NCBI GenBank assembly: GCA_964554835.1
Contig: CAZKQD010000003.1
Span: 1 to 47,058, forward strand
DNA length: 47,058 bases
Origin: an uncultured Planctomycetia bacterium
Lineage (GTDB): Bacteria; Omnitrophota; Gorgyraeia; JAGLLT01; CAZKQD01
Direction of reading: 5' to 3'
How positions within the stretch are numbered: the first letter of the stretch is position 1; every line of letters starts with the position of its first letter. The notes beneath the pieces are model-generated. The model was given only the letters and a program-made list of their open reading frames with translations, was not told the origin of the DNA and did no database searches. Of this stretch, positions 27,339 to 35,664 are shown one piece after another. The position numbers and the translations under genes were made by a program.

Positions 27339-27917
27339 ATGCAACGATTCAATATAGAAAAGAGCAAAAATTGTATAGCTTTTACCCCATTAGAAATAGA
27401 ACGCAAACGCAAGCGTTCGCGATTTCTAACGGGGTTTACACTTATTGAAATGTTGGTAGTGCTTATTATTATTAGCATTATTACCGCGGCAACATTGCCT
27501 TATTTTTTCAGCTTCTATACAGGCCAGGAACTTAAAACTTCTGCAAGAGTTGTAGCTTCAGTGTTGCGCACTGCTAAAAGTTATGCAACAACTAAAAATA
27601 CAGATTGCTGGGTCGAATTCACGCCCTCAACCAATAAATTGGAAATAGCTATCTATCATGCAGATGTCTTTGATGAAGATGGTGATGGCAATACTACTGA
27701 ATCAGTCCAGCAAGGCAAAACAGAAAAACTAGAGCTTGCAACTGGGGTTGTGTTTAGTACCAGCTTTACAAATGATAAGGTGACTTTTACTCCTCAAGGC
27801 ACATGTAATGGAGGAACTGTTGAGATAACAAATACTTCGAAAAGTAAGGAAGTTGATATATCAGTTTCTCCGGTTACAGCAAGGGTGAGTATCTCAGATA
27901 TAGAACCTCCTGATTGA
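27339..27917 (+). CDS. Prepilin-type minor pseudopilin (GspH/FimT-like) with unusually long leader
   Basis: G|FTLIEMLVVLIII cleavage/methylation motif preceded by a 32-residue leader. There is no alternative start codon between the palindrome and the motif. ELKTSARVVASVLRTAKSYA is GspH-like. Confidence 0.7.
   Translation: MQRFNIEKSKNCIAFTPLEIERKRKRSRFLTGFTLIEMLVVLIIISIITAATLPYFFSFYTGQELKTSARVVASVLRTAKSYATTKNTDCWVEFTPSTNKLEIAIYHADVFDEDGDGNTTESVQQGKTEKLELATGVVFSTSFTNDKVTFTPQGTCNGGTVEITNTSKSKEVDISVSPVTARVSISDIEPPD
27385..27434 (+). promoter_or_regulatory. ~50-nt imperfect palindrome inside the leader-coding region of the second pseudopilin gene
   Basis: CCCC-A-TTAGAAAT-A-GAACGC / loop AAACGCAA / GCGTTC-GCG-ATTTCTAA-C-GGGG, giving about 18 paired positions. 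Located about 50 nt after the gspG stop. Confidence 0.5.
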
Positions 27918-27958
27918 TTGATGTATGATGTTGTATTTTTAAAATAGGAGTATTAAAA

Positions 27959-28351
27959 ATGATAAGAAAACTAAAGAAAGCAAGAGGTTTTACCCTGTTA
28001 GAAATTGTTATAGCTTTGGCTATATTTACTATTGGATTAGTTGGTCTTTTAAGTTTATTTCCTGTGGCTTTTCAGTCTTCAAAAAGAGCTACTGATTTAA
28101 CAGAAGCCACTATATATGCTCAGGAGATTATTGAAGATTTGAAAAGACAAGGATATGATAACATTACAGATGGAACAACAACAGATAATTCTATTTCAGG
28201 GACGTCTCGTTTTACTTATGATAAAATTGTAACTTCAGGCGGCAGTTTACCCTCTGGACTTAGAAAGATTAGTATTACCATGAAGTGGACAGAAGGAGGA
28301 AAGATCTACGATGAAGATTTTGTTACCTATATGGCCGACCTTACGCCGTAA
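27959..28351 (+). CDS. Prepilin-type minor pseudopilin (GspI-like)
   Basis: KARG|FTLLEIVIALAIFTIGLVGLL N-terminus. 130 aa, the small size typical of GspI/PilV-type proteins. Confidence 0.7.
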   Translation: MIRKLKKARGFTLLEIVIALAIFTIGLVGLLSLFPVAFQSSKRATDLTEATIYAQEIIEDLKRQGYDNITDGTTTDNSISGTSRFTYDKIVTSGGSLPSGLRKISITMKWTEGGKIYDEDFVTYMADLTP

Positions 28352-28934
28352 TAAGGGCTTTACAATTATTGAACTTTTAGTAGCTTCTGTTATATTGGTT
28401 ATCTTGTTTGGCAGCATAACAGCGGTTTTTTTAGCGGCTAATCGTTCATGGACTCAAACTGAGGCAAGACTGCAGATATATCAAAATGCAAGAGAGGCCT
28501 TAGATACAATGTCAAGAGAGCTAACAACTGCTTTTCAGCCTTCAAATCCCTCCTTGCAGAAATTCGACTGGGATACCACTCCTGATCCTGGCGAATTACA
28601 TTTTACAGCTTCTTATAATTTTAATCCTGAGTCGGGCGAGTATGACCTGTGTCATTTAGGATATCGACAGGATAATTCTAATAATGAAATAGAGAGATAT
28701 AAAGAAGATTATGGTAATCCTGGTGGTAGCTGGATGCCAATAGCTGAGCATATAACAAGTTTGAGTTTTGAGTATTATGACGGTCCAAGTTCAAGTTGGG
28801 TTTCGGTTTGGGATAATACCGCTAAAGATTATTTACCCAAAGCAGTTAGAATTACTATTCAAGTTCAGGATAAACAGGAAAGATACGAACCCAAAACATT
28901 CCAGAATATAATTTATCTGCCGGCGAGTCAATAA
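28311..28934 (+). CDS. Prepilin-type minor pseudopilin (GspJ/PilW-like)
   Basis: RNKG|FTIIELLVASVILVILFG, then the RSWTQTEARLQIYQNAREALDTMSRELTTAF block typical of GspJ-like proteins. The ATG at 28311 overlaps the upstream gene by 41 nt, so the exact start is uncertain. Confidence 0.65.
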   Translation: MKILLPIWPTLRRNKGFTIIELLVASVILVILFGSITAVFLAANRSWTQTEARLQIYQNAREALDTMSRELTTAFQPSNPSLQKFDWDTTPDPGELHFTASYNFNPESGEYDLCHLGYRQDNSNNEIERYKEDYGNPGGSWMPIAEHITSLSFEYYDGPSSSWVSVWDNTAKDYLPKAVRITIQVQDKQERYEPKTFQNIIYLPASQ

Positions 28935-28986
28935 TGAATTTTTGCAGATGCCTTGCAAGGGCATTTAGAGGAAATTTAGATAATGC

Positions 28987-29014
28987 TTGAATTTTTTAAA
29001 TAAAAGTGTATAAT
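28987..29014 (+). promoter_or_regulatory. Sigma-70-type promoter upstream of the pilM-pilN fusion gene
   Basis: TTGAAT (28987-28992), 16-nt spacer, TATAAT (29009-29014). A short hairpin ATGCC..GGCAT (28948-28964) precedes it. Confidence 0.5.
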
Positions 29015-29061
29015 AATTTAATAATTTTTTAGAAAAAAAGCAAAAAAATATAGTTAAAATT

Positions 29062-30699
29062 ATGATAAAAAATCTAATTGGTTTAGATATAGGATCAGAT
29101 TCTATAAAACTGGTAAAGCTAAAGAAAGTAAAAGGTAAGATTGAATTAGAAAAAGCCAGGGCCGTAGAACTGAAAGAAGTCAAGTCTATTAAGCAGGGCG
29201 TAGCCAGTCTTTTGAGAAGTGAGAAAATAAGCTCCTGCAAGGCCGCTATTTCTATTTCTGGTCAGTCTGTATTTACACGTTTTGTAAAATTACCTAAAAT
29301 CTCTCAGAAGAAAGTTGAACAAGTTGTAAAATATGAAGCCCAACAGCAGATTCCCTTTCCTATAGAAAAAGTAGTTTGGGATTATCAATTATTTGAAAAT
29401 AGTAAGACATCTGAGGTAGAGATTTGTCTTGCTGCAGTTAAGAAGGAAATTGTAGATAGTCTCTATAATGAACTTTCGCAACTAAAAATAAATATTATCT
29501 CTATACAGCCTTCTCCTATAGCCTTATATAACATGCTGAAATTTAACGAGGATGTAAAAGATAACACTATTGTTTTAGATATAGGAGCAAAGGTTACCGA
29601 TGTCTTTATAACAAAAGGAAGAAGAGTCTGGATAAGAAGCATTCCTATTGCTGGTAAAGAGATAACCCGTGCCATAAGTGGAAAGTTAGATATTGGCATT
29701 AAGGAAGCAGAGGTCTTGAAGCAGAGAGAGGGAATTACTTTAGTAGGCGCCACTGGAGATGAAAATTTAACTCCTCGTTCAGACGCTATCTCAAAAGCCA
29801 TAAATCCTGTCTTAGCCGATCTTCTAAAAGAGATATCGCGCTCCGTCAATTATTATAAATCACAATTTGACAGAGAAGCAGTCTGTGAGAGTGTTTTACT
29901 TACCGGAGGAAGCTCAAATATAAAATACATTGAAAAGTTCTTTGAAAATAATTTAAAAATTAAAACTCAGAAACCCAACCTGCTTAAGAAAATTACCCCT
30001 AATAAATTTACCAAAGCTACACTGGATGAAACAGAAGGTCAATGGGCAGTAGCTTTAGGCTTAGGCCTAAAGGCAGTTATAGAACCCACCATCAATATAA
30101 ATCTTTTGTCTAAAGAACTGAAGAAGTTTAAAAAATTTGACAGTAAAAAACCTTATATATTTGCTTCTGAAGTTACAGCTATTTTAATATTTCTTATATT
30201 ATCATCCTTCTGCATAAACAACATCAACGCCAATAAGAAAAACTTATCTTTAATAAAGGATAAAATGGACTATTTCCGCAAAAACAGCCAGATTATAGAC
30301 AGCATCCAGTCTGATATAAGCGGTTTAAAAAATAGGTTGGATTTTTTAACCAAAATAAATAGAAGTAAACAGTTCTGGTTAGATATCTTAGCTGAAGTAA
30401 ATAGCAAGATTCCTAAAGAAACTTGGCTTATAAGTTTTAGGTCTGATGATGAGAGCGACAAAACAGTTATAATCGAGGGGAAGACTGTCGGTTCATTCGA
30501 TTCTGTTAAGAACTTAAGAGAGAGTTTAAAGAAATCTGAATATTTTATAAATGTTGAAACTTTAAGAGCCGACCCAGCAGCCAAAGAAGAAGGTAAAGAA
30601 GCAAAGCCAGATTGTAATATTATATTTACAATGAAATTAGAGCTAGCTGAGGAAATTCCTTTAGTGTTAAATGATAAAGAAACTGGCAAAACCAAATGA
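29062..30699 (+). CDS. PilM-PilN fusion protein (GspL-like architecture)
   Basis: N-terminal actin-like PilM part (GLDIGSDSIKLVKL, VKLPKISQKKVEQVVKYEAQQQIPFP, VLDIGAKVTDV, LLTGGSSNI). This is followed by ININLL (the PilN N-terminal peptide motif), one TM helix (VTAILIFLILSSFCI) and a PilN-like periplasmic domain. Confidence 0.75.
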   Translation: MIKNLIGLDIGSDSIKLVKLKKVKGKIELEKARAVELKEVKSIKQGVASLLRSEKISSCKAAISISGQSVFTRFVKLPKISQKKVEQVVKYEAQQQIPFPIEKVVWDYQLFENSKTSEVEICLAAVKKEIVDSLYNELSQLKINIISIQPSPIALYNMLKFNEDVKDNTIVLDIGAKVTDVFITKGRRVWIRSIPIAGKEITRAISGKLDIGIKEAEVLKQREGITLVGATGDENLTPRSDAISKAINPVLADLLKEISRSVNYYKSQFDREAVCESVLLTGGSSNIKYIEKFFENNLKIKTQKPNLLKKITPNKFTKATLDETEGQWAVALGLGLKAVIEPTININLLSKELKKFKKFDSKKPYIFASEVTAILIFLILSSFCINNINANKKNLSLIKDKMDYFRKNSQIIDSIQSDISGLKNRLDFLTKINRSKQFWLDILAEVNSKIPKETWLISFRSDDESDKTVIIEGKTVGSFDSVKNLRESLKKSEYFINVETLRADPAAKEEGKEAKPDCNIIFTMKLELAEEIPLVLNDKETGKTK

Positions 30700-31490
30700 A
30701 ATTTTATAAGGTATTCTTAAAAAAGAACTTAGTTAGTCTTATAGCAATAGCAGTTCTATTTCTAGGAATTGTTGCCTCGGGTATATTTTTTGTTTCTAAC
30801 CTAAGAGAAGAGAATGCTATTGAGGAGAAGATAAATTCAGAACTAAAAATATTTAATCTTTTTAAAGGCAAGGAAGAATATGTGCCGACTACTTCTTGGA
30901 TCCAATACAGCGAGAAAGAGAAAGAGGAGCTCAAAAGCATATATGATAAAATAATGAAAGAATTGGATGCGCCGTCTGCAAGAATGCCGGATGAGGTTAG
31001 AGAACCTTTAAAATTTAAAGAAGAAATTTTTAATGTACAAGATGAGCTACAACAGCAAGCTATATCAAAAGGTTTAACGTTTGATAAAGAAGCTCAATCT
31101 CTGGGTTTTAAAGAATATGAGAAGAAGATTCCAGCTGAAGAGGAAATACCCAATTTAACTGAAAAACTACTAATTGCTGAAGAATTAGTTAACTTAATGT
31201 TTAACAGTAACATAGATAAACTAACAAACATCAAATTTTCAGATTGTAAAGATAATACTCTTGATGGCGAAAGCTCACTATCCTACAGAGTTACTCCGAT
31301 AGAATTAAAGATTACCTCATCAGTGAAAGAGTTGGCGCATTTTCTTTATTTTTTATCTGAGTCTGAGTATATTTTTGTGGTTAATAGTGTTAATATCAGT
31401 TCATCGATAGATGAAAAAGATAAAGTTCAAGCTTATTTGGATATATCTTCTATTGTATTTCTGGAGAAGAAGGCAAAAAAAGAAAAATGA
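30696..31490 (+). CDS. PilO/GspM-like bitopic alignment protein
   Basis: N-terminal TM helix, coiled-coil region, and C-terminal block YRVTPIELKITSSVKELAHFLYFLSESEYIFVVNSVNISS resembling PilO. ATGA overlap with the upstream gene. Confidence 0.55.
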   Translation: MKFYKVFLKKNLVSLIAIAVLFLGIVASGIFFVSNLREENAIEEKINSELKIFNLFKGKEEYVPTTSWIQYSEKEKEELKSIYDKIMKELDAPSARMPDEVREPLKFKEEIFNVQDELQQQAISKGLTFDKEAQSLGFKEYEKKIPAEEEIPNLTEKLLIAEELVNLMFNSNIDKLTNIKFSDCKDNTLDGESSLSYRVTPIELKITSSVKELAHFLYFLSESEYIFVVNSVNISSSIDEKDKVQAYLDISSIVFLEKKAKKEK

Positions 31491-32176
31491 TAATAAAAAA
31501 AAATCTCCTTATAGATCATTTAGAGAAAGTAGCGCTGGGTCTTTTAGTAATTTTATTACTGGCCATTGCAGCGCTTTATGCAAGTAGAATTATTTTTAAA
31601 GAGCTGGATATAAAAAATAAACTTTCATCAGTTAAATTTTCTGAACCACCTGAAGCCATTAAAGGACTTGATAAATACAAAAAGGCCCTTAAAGAGCTGC
31701 AGAGTGAGAAAAAATTTACAAGTTATCAAGCCGATTTTAGCAGAAATAGTTTTTCTAAATATGTGAAAATAGAACCTCCAAAACCATTATTTGAGTTAAG
31801 ATCTATTGGAAGGCTTCCTTTAAATATACAATATAATGGATTCATTGAGTATAGTGGTGGCATAATTGGTCAGATTAATCTAAAAGGGACTACGTATTTT
31901 GTAAAAGAAAATGCAGAATTGATAGAGTATAAAACACTTGAACTTCATAGAAAATATGCTGTTCTTGAAGATAGTAAGGGTAACAAAATAAAACTGCCCC
32001 TGAGAGAACAGGTTTTATCTGATGAATATGAGGCCATAGTCTATCTAACTCGTGAAGATAAAACAACTAAGGTGAGAAAAGGTGATAAAATTAAAAATTT
32101 TCAAGTACTTGACATTTTACCCACTTATGTGGTATTATTTAACGAAACTACTAAAGAAAAGAAGCTTCTGAGATAG
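31487..32176 (+). CDS. Membrane-anchored beta-rich protein, possible PilP/GspC-like component
   Basis: N-terminal TM helix (VALGLLVILLLAIAALYA). C-terminal beta-rich segment ending KVRKGDKIKNFQVLDILPTYVVLFNETT. The call rests on position and overall shape only. Confidence 0.35.
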   Translation: MIIKKNLLIDHLEKVALGLLVILLLAIAALYASRIIFKELDIKNKLSSVKFSEPPEAIKGLDKYKKALKELQSEKKFTSYQADFSRNSFSKYVKIEPPKPLFELRSIGRLPLNIQYNGFIEYSGGIIGQINLKGTTYFVKENAELIEYKTLELHRKYAVLEDSKGNKIKLPLREQVLSDEYEAIVYLTREDKTTKVRKGDKIKNFQVLDILPTYVVLFNETTKEKKLLR

Positions 32177-32191
32177 GTGAGTGAAGGCTTA

Positions 32192-32219
32192 GATTTATGG
32201 AACGAAGTAAACATAAATC
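32192..32219. repeat. GAACGAA-loop hairpin (H1 type)
   Basis: GATTTATG / loop GAACGAAGTAAA / CATAAATC. A related copy lies at 40131-40154 and an inverted copy at 1335-1366. Confidence 0.6.
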
Positions 32220-32233
32220 TTTAGCCGAATTCA

Positions 32234-32258
32234 CCCTTGACATCTAAGATGTCAAGGG
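32234..32258 (+). terminator. Intrinsic-terminator-like hairpin after the PilP-like gene
   Basis: CCCTTGACATC / TAA / GATGTCAAGGG, a perfect 11-bp stem followed by TTTAATT. Confidence 0.55.
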
Positions 32259-32276
32259 TTTAATTCACGCATACGA

Positions 32277-32301
32277 TTTAGTTTCATTATCACTCACTAA
32301 A
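32277..32301 (+). repeat. TCACTC-loop hairpin (H3 type) in the leader of the TPR/N0 gene
   Basis: TTTAGT / loop TTCATTATCACTC / ACTAAA. The counterpart at 40327-40351 has an 11/13 identical loop and compensatory stem changes. It ends 32 nt before the ATG. Confidence 0.6.
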
Positions 32302-32333
32302 GCGTGCGTTCATTTAAAAAGGAGAGATTTAAT

Positions 32334-33419
32334 ATGTCTAGATGGTATAAGTTAAGCAGTGTTATTGTGATTATAAGTTTTTTATTCACAGTTGGTTATT
32401 GCAATTCATCTTATGGTGAAAGTAGATTAAGAGTCCGCAGTTTAGCTGAAGAAATAGCGAAACAGAAACGGCTTGAGCAGGAAGAGATAGAAATCCTGGT
32501 AGAAGAGCGTACTCAACGTGGAATAGAAAGCTATAAGAAAGGTGACTATGCTGAGGCAATAAGACAGCTAACAGCAGTTTTAGAATTAAATCCAGATTAT
32601 AAGGAAGCAGAAAAATATCTAAATTTAGCCCGGGGTAACCTGCTTGATTCTGCTGAGAAGCACTATACCAAAGGTGTAGAATACTACAAAAACGGAGATT
32701 TTGTTAATGCAGTAAATGAATTAAATCAGATTCCTGAAGATAATCGTTACTATGAAGAAGCTCGAGAATATGTTAAAGCTGCTAGGAAGACATTAAAGAC
32801 AGCCGAAATTCCTGAACCCTCAAGTCCAGATTTTGAGAAAAAAGATGTTGAGAGAGAACTTAAAAATTTGGAAAAAGAACAAGAATTGGTGTTGCTTAAA
32901 AAGCAAGCTCAGGAAAAAAGAATGATGCTTGATGTGGAAAGAGCTTATTTGTTGCCAGAAAGGTTAAAGGAAAAGAAAGAAGAAGCGAAAGTAACTGCCG
33001 AAGAAATCGCAGCGAAGAAAAAAGAAAAAAGACAAAGAGAACTAATTGAGAAAATGAATCAAAATGTTGTTCCTGCTTTAAGTTTAAGTGATGCCAATAT
33101 TCAAGATGTAATAAGAGAACTTATGAAAATGACTGGCGCAACTATTATATTAGATGAAGGCGCCTTAAAGAGAGTAGCTGAAGATAAACCCATAAAAGTC
33201 TCATTTACTACAGTAACCTCTATGCCTCTTTTGGATTTGCTTGAGATAGCATTGAAGACTACTGAATTAGCATATAAAGTAGAGTCAAATTATATATGGA
33301 TCTCTGATGAAAAGACATTGTCAAAAGAGAAATTAATCACCAAAACCTATAGGTTAAAACACGGCGCAAGAAGAACACGCGAAGTATCATTAGTTGAATT
33401 TGGCAAAGAAGAGGATTAA
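32334..33419 (+). CDS. Membrane-anchored TPR/coiled-coil protein with C-terminal secretin N0 (STN)-like domain
   Basis: Start set at the ATG at 32334, after AAGGAGAG. TPR-like repeats (YKKGDYAEAIRQLTAVLELNPDY, YYKNGDFVNAVNELNQIPED) precede a K/E-rich coil. The C-terminus (LSLSDANIQDVIRELMKMTGATIILDEGAL...KVSFTTVTSMPLLDLLEIALKTTELAYKVESNYIWISD) reads like a secretin/TonB N0 domain. Confidence 0.6.
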   Translation: MSRWYKLSSVIVIISFLFTVGYCNSSYGESRLRVRSLAEEIAKQKRLEQEEIEILVEERTQRGIESYKKGDYAEAIRQLTAVLELNPDYKEAEKYLNLARGNLLDSAEKHYTKGVEYYKNGDFVNAVNELNQIPEDNRYYEEAREYVKAARKTLKTAEIPEPSSPDFEKKDVERELKNLEKEQELVLLKKQAQEKRMMLDVERAYLLPERLKEKKEEAKVTAEEIAAKKKEKRQRELIEKMNQNVVPALSLSDANIQDVIRELMKMTGATIILDEGALKRVAEDKPIKVSFTTVTSMPLLDLLEIALKTTELAYKVESNYIWISDEKTLSKEKLITKTYRLKHGARRTREVSLVEFGKEED

Positions 33420-33430
33420 CGCAGAAAGAA

Positions 33431-34522
33431 ATGAAAAAAAATATTTTATATATAGTTATTTTATTGGCTTTCTGTTTAAGTTCTCCTTTAAATTTAGATG
33501 CTCAAGACACAATAAGCATCAAGGAATACTTAAAGCAGATACTTCCGCCTCAAGAAGGAAGAAAGATTTTTTTAGATCCGACTACTGGTTTATTAACTAT
33601 AACTGATATTCCTTCCAATCATAAATTAATTAAGGAGTTAATAGAGGCCTTTGATATAGGAATCCCTCAAGTTATGATAGAGGTTAAATTTATTGAAGTT
33701 ACCATGACTGATATAGGTGAACTTGGAATTGAATGGTACTGGTATGATCAGGATAATGTAGGTAATGCAGCCGGATATGCTGACTATGTCCCTGGCCAGC
33801 AAGATACCGGTGATGGAATATTGTGGGGCAGAGAAAATGCAGCAGGAACTTATGAAAGTTTTCCGCATACAGGACATGGTTTTGATTTTTATATAGGTAA
33901 GGCTGATACCACAGGAGGCTATATTAGAGCTTATTTGCATGCTTTAGAAGAAAAAGGTAAAGCTAATCTTTTATCAGCTCCGAAAGTAACCACCCTTTCA
34001 GGTCAAATGGCTAATATGGAGGTAACTAAAACATTTCCCTACGTAAGCAATGTGGAATTAGAAAACCGTGGTACTGCAGAATATCCTATATGGGTTCTTA
34101 CACAAACCTATGAAGAGAAGACTATAGGAATTTCACTCGAGGTTACGCCTCGCGTAGCAGCACAAAGTAGATTTATAACTTTAGATCTTCATCCAGTGGT
34201 AGATGTGTTAGTAGCACAACGGTCTATCAAGCCTACTGCAGCCAGCGCAAGTTATCCTACAGTTCCAAGTGCTGTTGGTTGGCCAGTGATAGATACCCGT
34301 TCAACTCAAACCTCTATTGTAACAAAAAGTGGAGAGACAATAGTTTTAGGTGGACTTATTAAAGAGGATGAGAAAACATACACAAGAAAGGTTCCTGTTT
34401 TAGGTGATATCCCCTTATTAGGTAATCTATTCAAATATAAACATATAAATAAGGAAAAAAAGAGTCTTTTAATTTTTATTACTGCTACTTTAATAACGGC
34501 AGATGGTGAGAAATTAAGATGA
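33431..34522 (+). CDS. Short secretin, paralog 1 (363 aa)
   Basis: Signal peptide (LNLDA|QD) and one N-domain (GLLTITDIPSNHKLIKELIEAFD). Secretin core motifs: QVMIEVKFIEV, ANLLSAPKVTTLSGQMANMEV, ETIVLGGLIKEDEKTYTRKVPVLGDIPLLGNLFKYK, SLLIFITATLI. Confidence 0.85.
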   Translation: MKKNILYIVILLAFCLSSPLNLDAQDTISIKEYLKQILPPQEGRKIFLDPTTGLLTITDIPSNHKLIKELIEAFDIGIPQVMIEVKFIEVTMTDIGELGIEWYWYDQDNVGNAAGYADYVPGQQDTGDGILWGRENAAGTYESFPHTGHGFDFYIGKADTTGGYIRAYLHALEEKGKANLLSAPKVTTLSGQMANMEVTKTFPYVSNVELENRGTAEYPIWVLTQTYEEKTIGISLEVTPRVAAQSRFITLDLHPVVDVLVAQRSIKPTAASASYPTVPSAVGWPVIDTRSTQTSIVTKSGETIVLGGLIKEDEKTYTRKVPVLGDIPLLGNLFKYKHINKEKKSLLIFITATLITADGEKLR

Positions 34523-35658
34523 GGTTAAATTTTAAGATTTTATTCATAGTGCTGTTTTGTCCACTGCTATTTTTTAACAGTAGTTTTGCTCAAGATGGCC
34601 AGACTATTAAGGAATATCTTCAGCAAGTGCTTCCATCCCAGGAAGGAAGAAAAATTGTCTTAGATGAGACTACCGGGCTGCTAACCGTAACCGATACTCC
34701 CTCAAATCATAAATTAATTATGAAATTGATTGAAGTTTGGGATGTCGGTCCGCAACAGGTACGGATTGAGGCGCGGTTTGTGGAGATAGAAGAGAAGGCA
34801 TTACATGAAGTTGGCGTGGAGTGGTTAGCAAAAAAGACCGGTGACTATATATATTATGGCGAGGGTCCCCTGAGAAGTGCGGCAAGGAGCGCTAGTAATA
34901 CACCCGCTGAGCAACCTGCCAATTACCAAAACATAGAGCCGGGTTCGAGCGTTGTAGGTGAGTATAACTACAGTACTAGTAGAGCTATTCCTCCTTGGAG
35001 TGGTTCTGAAATGGGAGCTCCTCAAGAATTTGGAGGATTAGGTCTTTGGGTAGGAGACACTAATGTGGATGGGACTAAGCTCTTCGCCTATTTAAAAGCT
35101 CTTGAAGGGCAAGATAAAGCTAATCTTTTATCAGCTCCTATAATAACTACTTTATCAGGACAAATGGCTAATATTGAGTTAGCTAATGTTATACCTTATG
35201 CTTGTGGATACGAACAGACTGATACTGGTACCGGGGCATATGGTTATTATGAAACCTATGAGATAGAGGAAAAGAAAACAGGTATTTTTTTAGAGGTAAC
35301 TCCAACTGTTAGCAGAGGGCAAAAAATGATAACACTTGAATTACATCCTTCAGTAAGTGAAATTAGTTATCAGGTTGCAATTACTAATAGTAGCGAATTT
35401 CCAAGTTATTTAGGCTGGCCGGTGGTTGAAACCCGAAGTACTCAAACTTCAGTAATTGTAAGAAGCGGCCAGACAATTGCAATAGGTGGCTTAATAAGAG
35501 ATGATGAATCAACCACAAAACGTAAAGTTCCAATAGTAGGAAATATTCCTTTGCTCGGCAATCTCTTTAAATGGGAGCATACAAGCCGGACTAAGAGAAA
35601 TCTGGTTATATTCTTAACCGCGACTATAATAACACCCGAGGGCGAGGAGATTAAATGA
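34519..35658 (+). CDS. Short secretin, paralog 2 (379 aa)
   Basis: Same architecture and motif set as paralog 1 (QVRIEARFVEI, ANLLSAPIITTLSGQMANIEL, QTIAIGGLIRDDESTTKRKVPIVGNIPLLGNLFKWE, NLVIFLTATII). ATGA overlap with paralog 1. Confidence 0.85.
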   Translation: MRLNFKILFIVLFCPLLFFNSSFAQDGQTIKEYLQQVLPSQEGRKIVLDETTGLLTVTDTPSNHKLIMKLIEVWDVGPQQVRIEARFVEIEEKALHEVGVEWLAKKTGDYIYYGEGPLRSAARSASNTPAEQPANYQNIEPGSSVVGEYNYSTSRAIPPWSGSEMGAPQEFGGLGLWVGDTNVDGTKLFAYLKALEGQDKANLLSAPIITTLSGQMANIELANVIPYACGYEQTDTGTGAYGYYETYEIEEKKTGIFLEVTPTVSRGQKMITLELHPSVSEISYQVAITNSSEFPSYLGWPVVETRSTQTSVIVRSGQTIAIGGLIRDDESTTKRKVPIVGNIPLLGNLFKWEHTSRTKRNLVIFLTATIITPEGEEIK

Positions 35659-35664
35659 TTAGCT

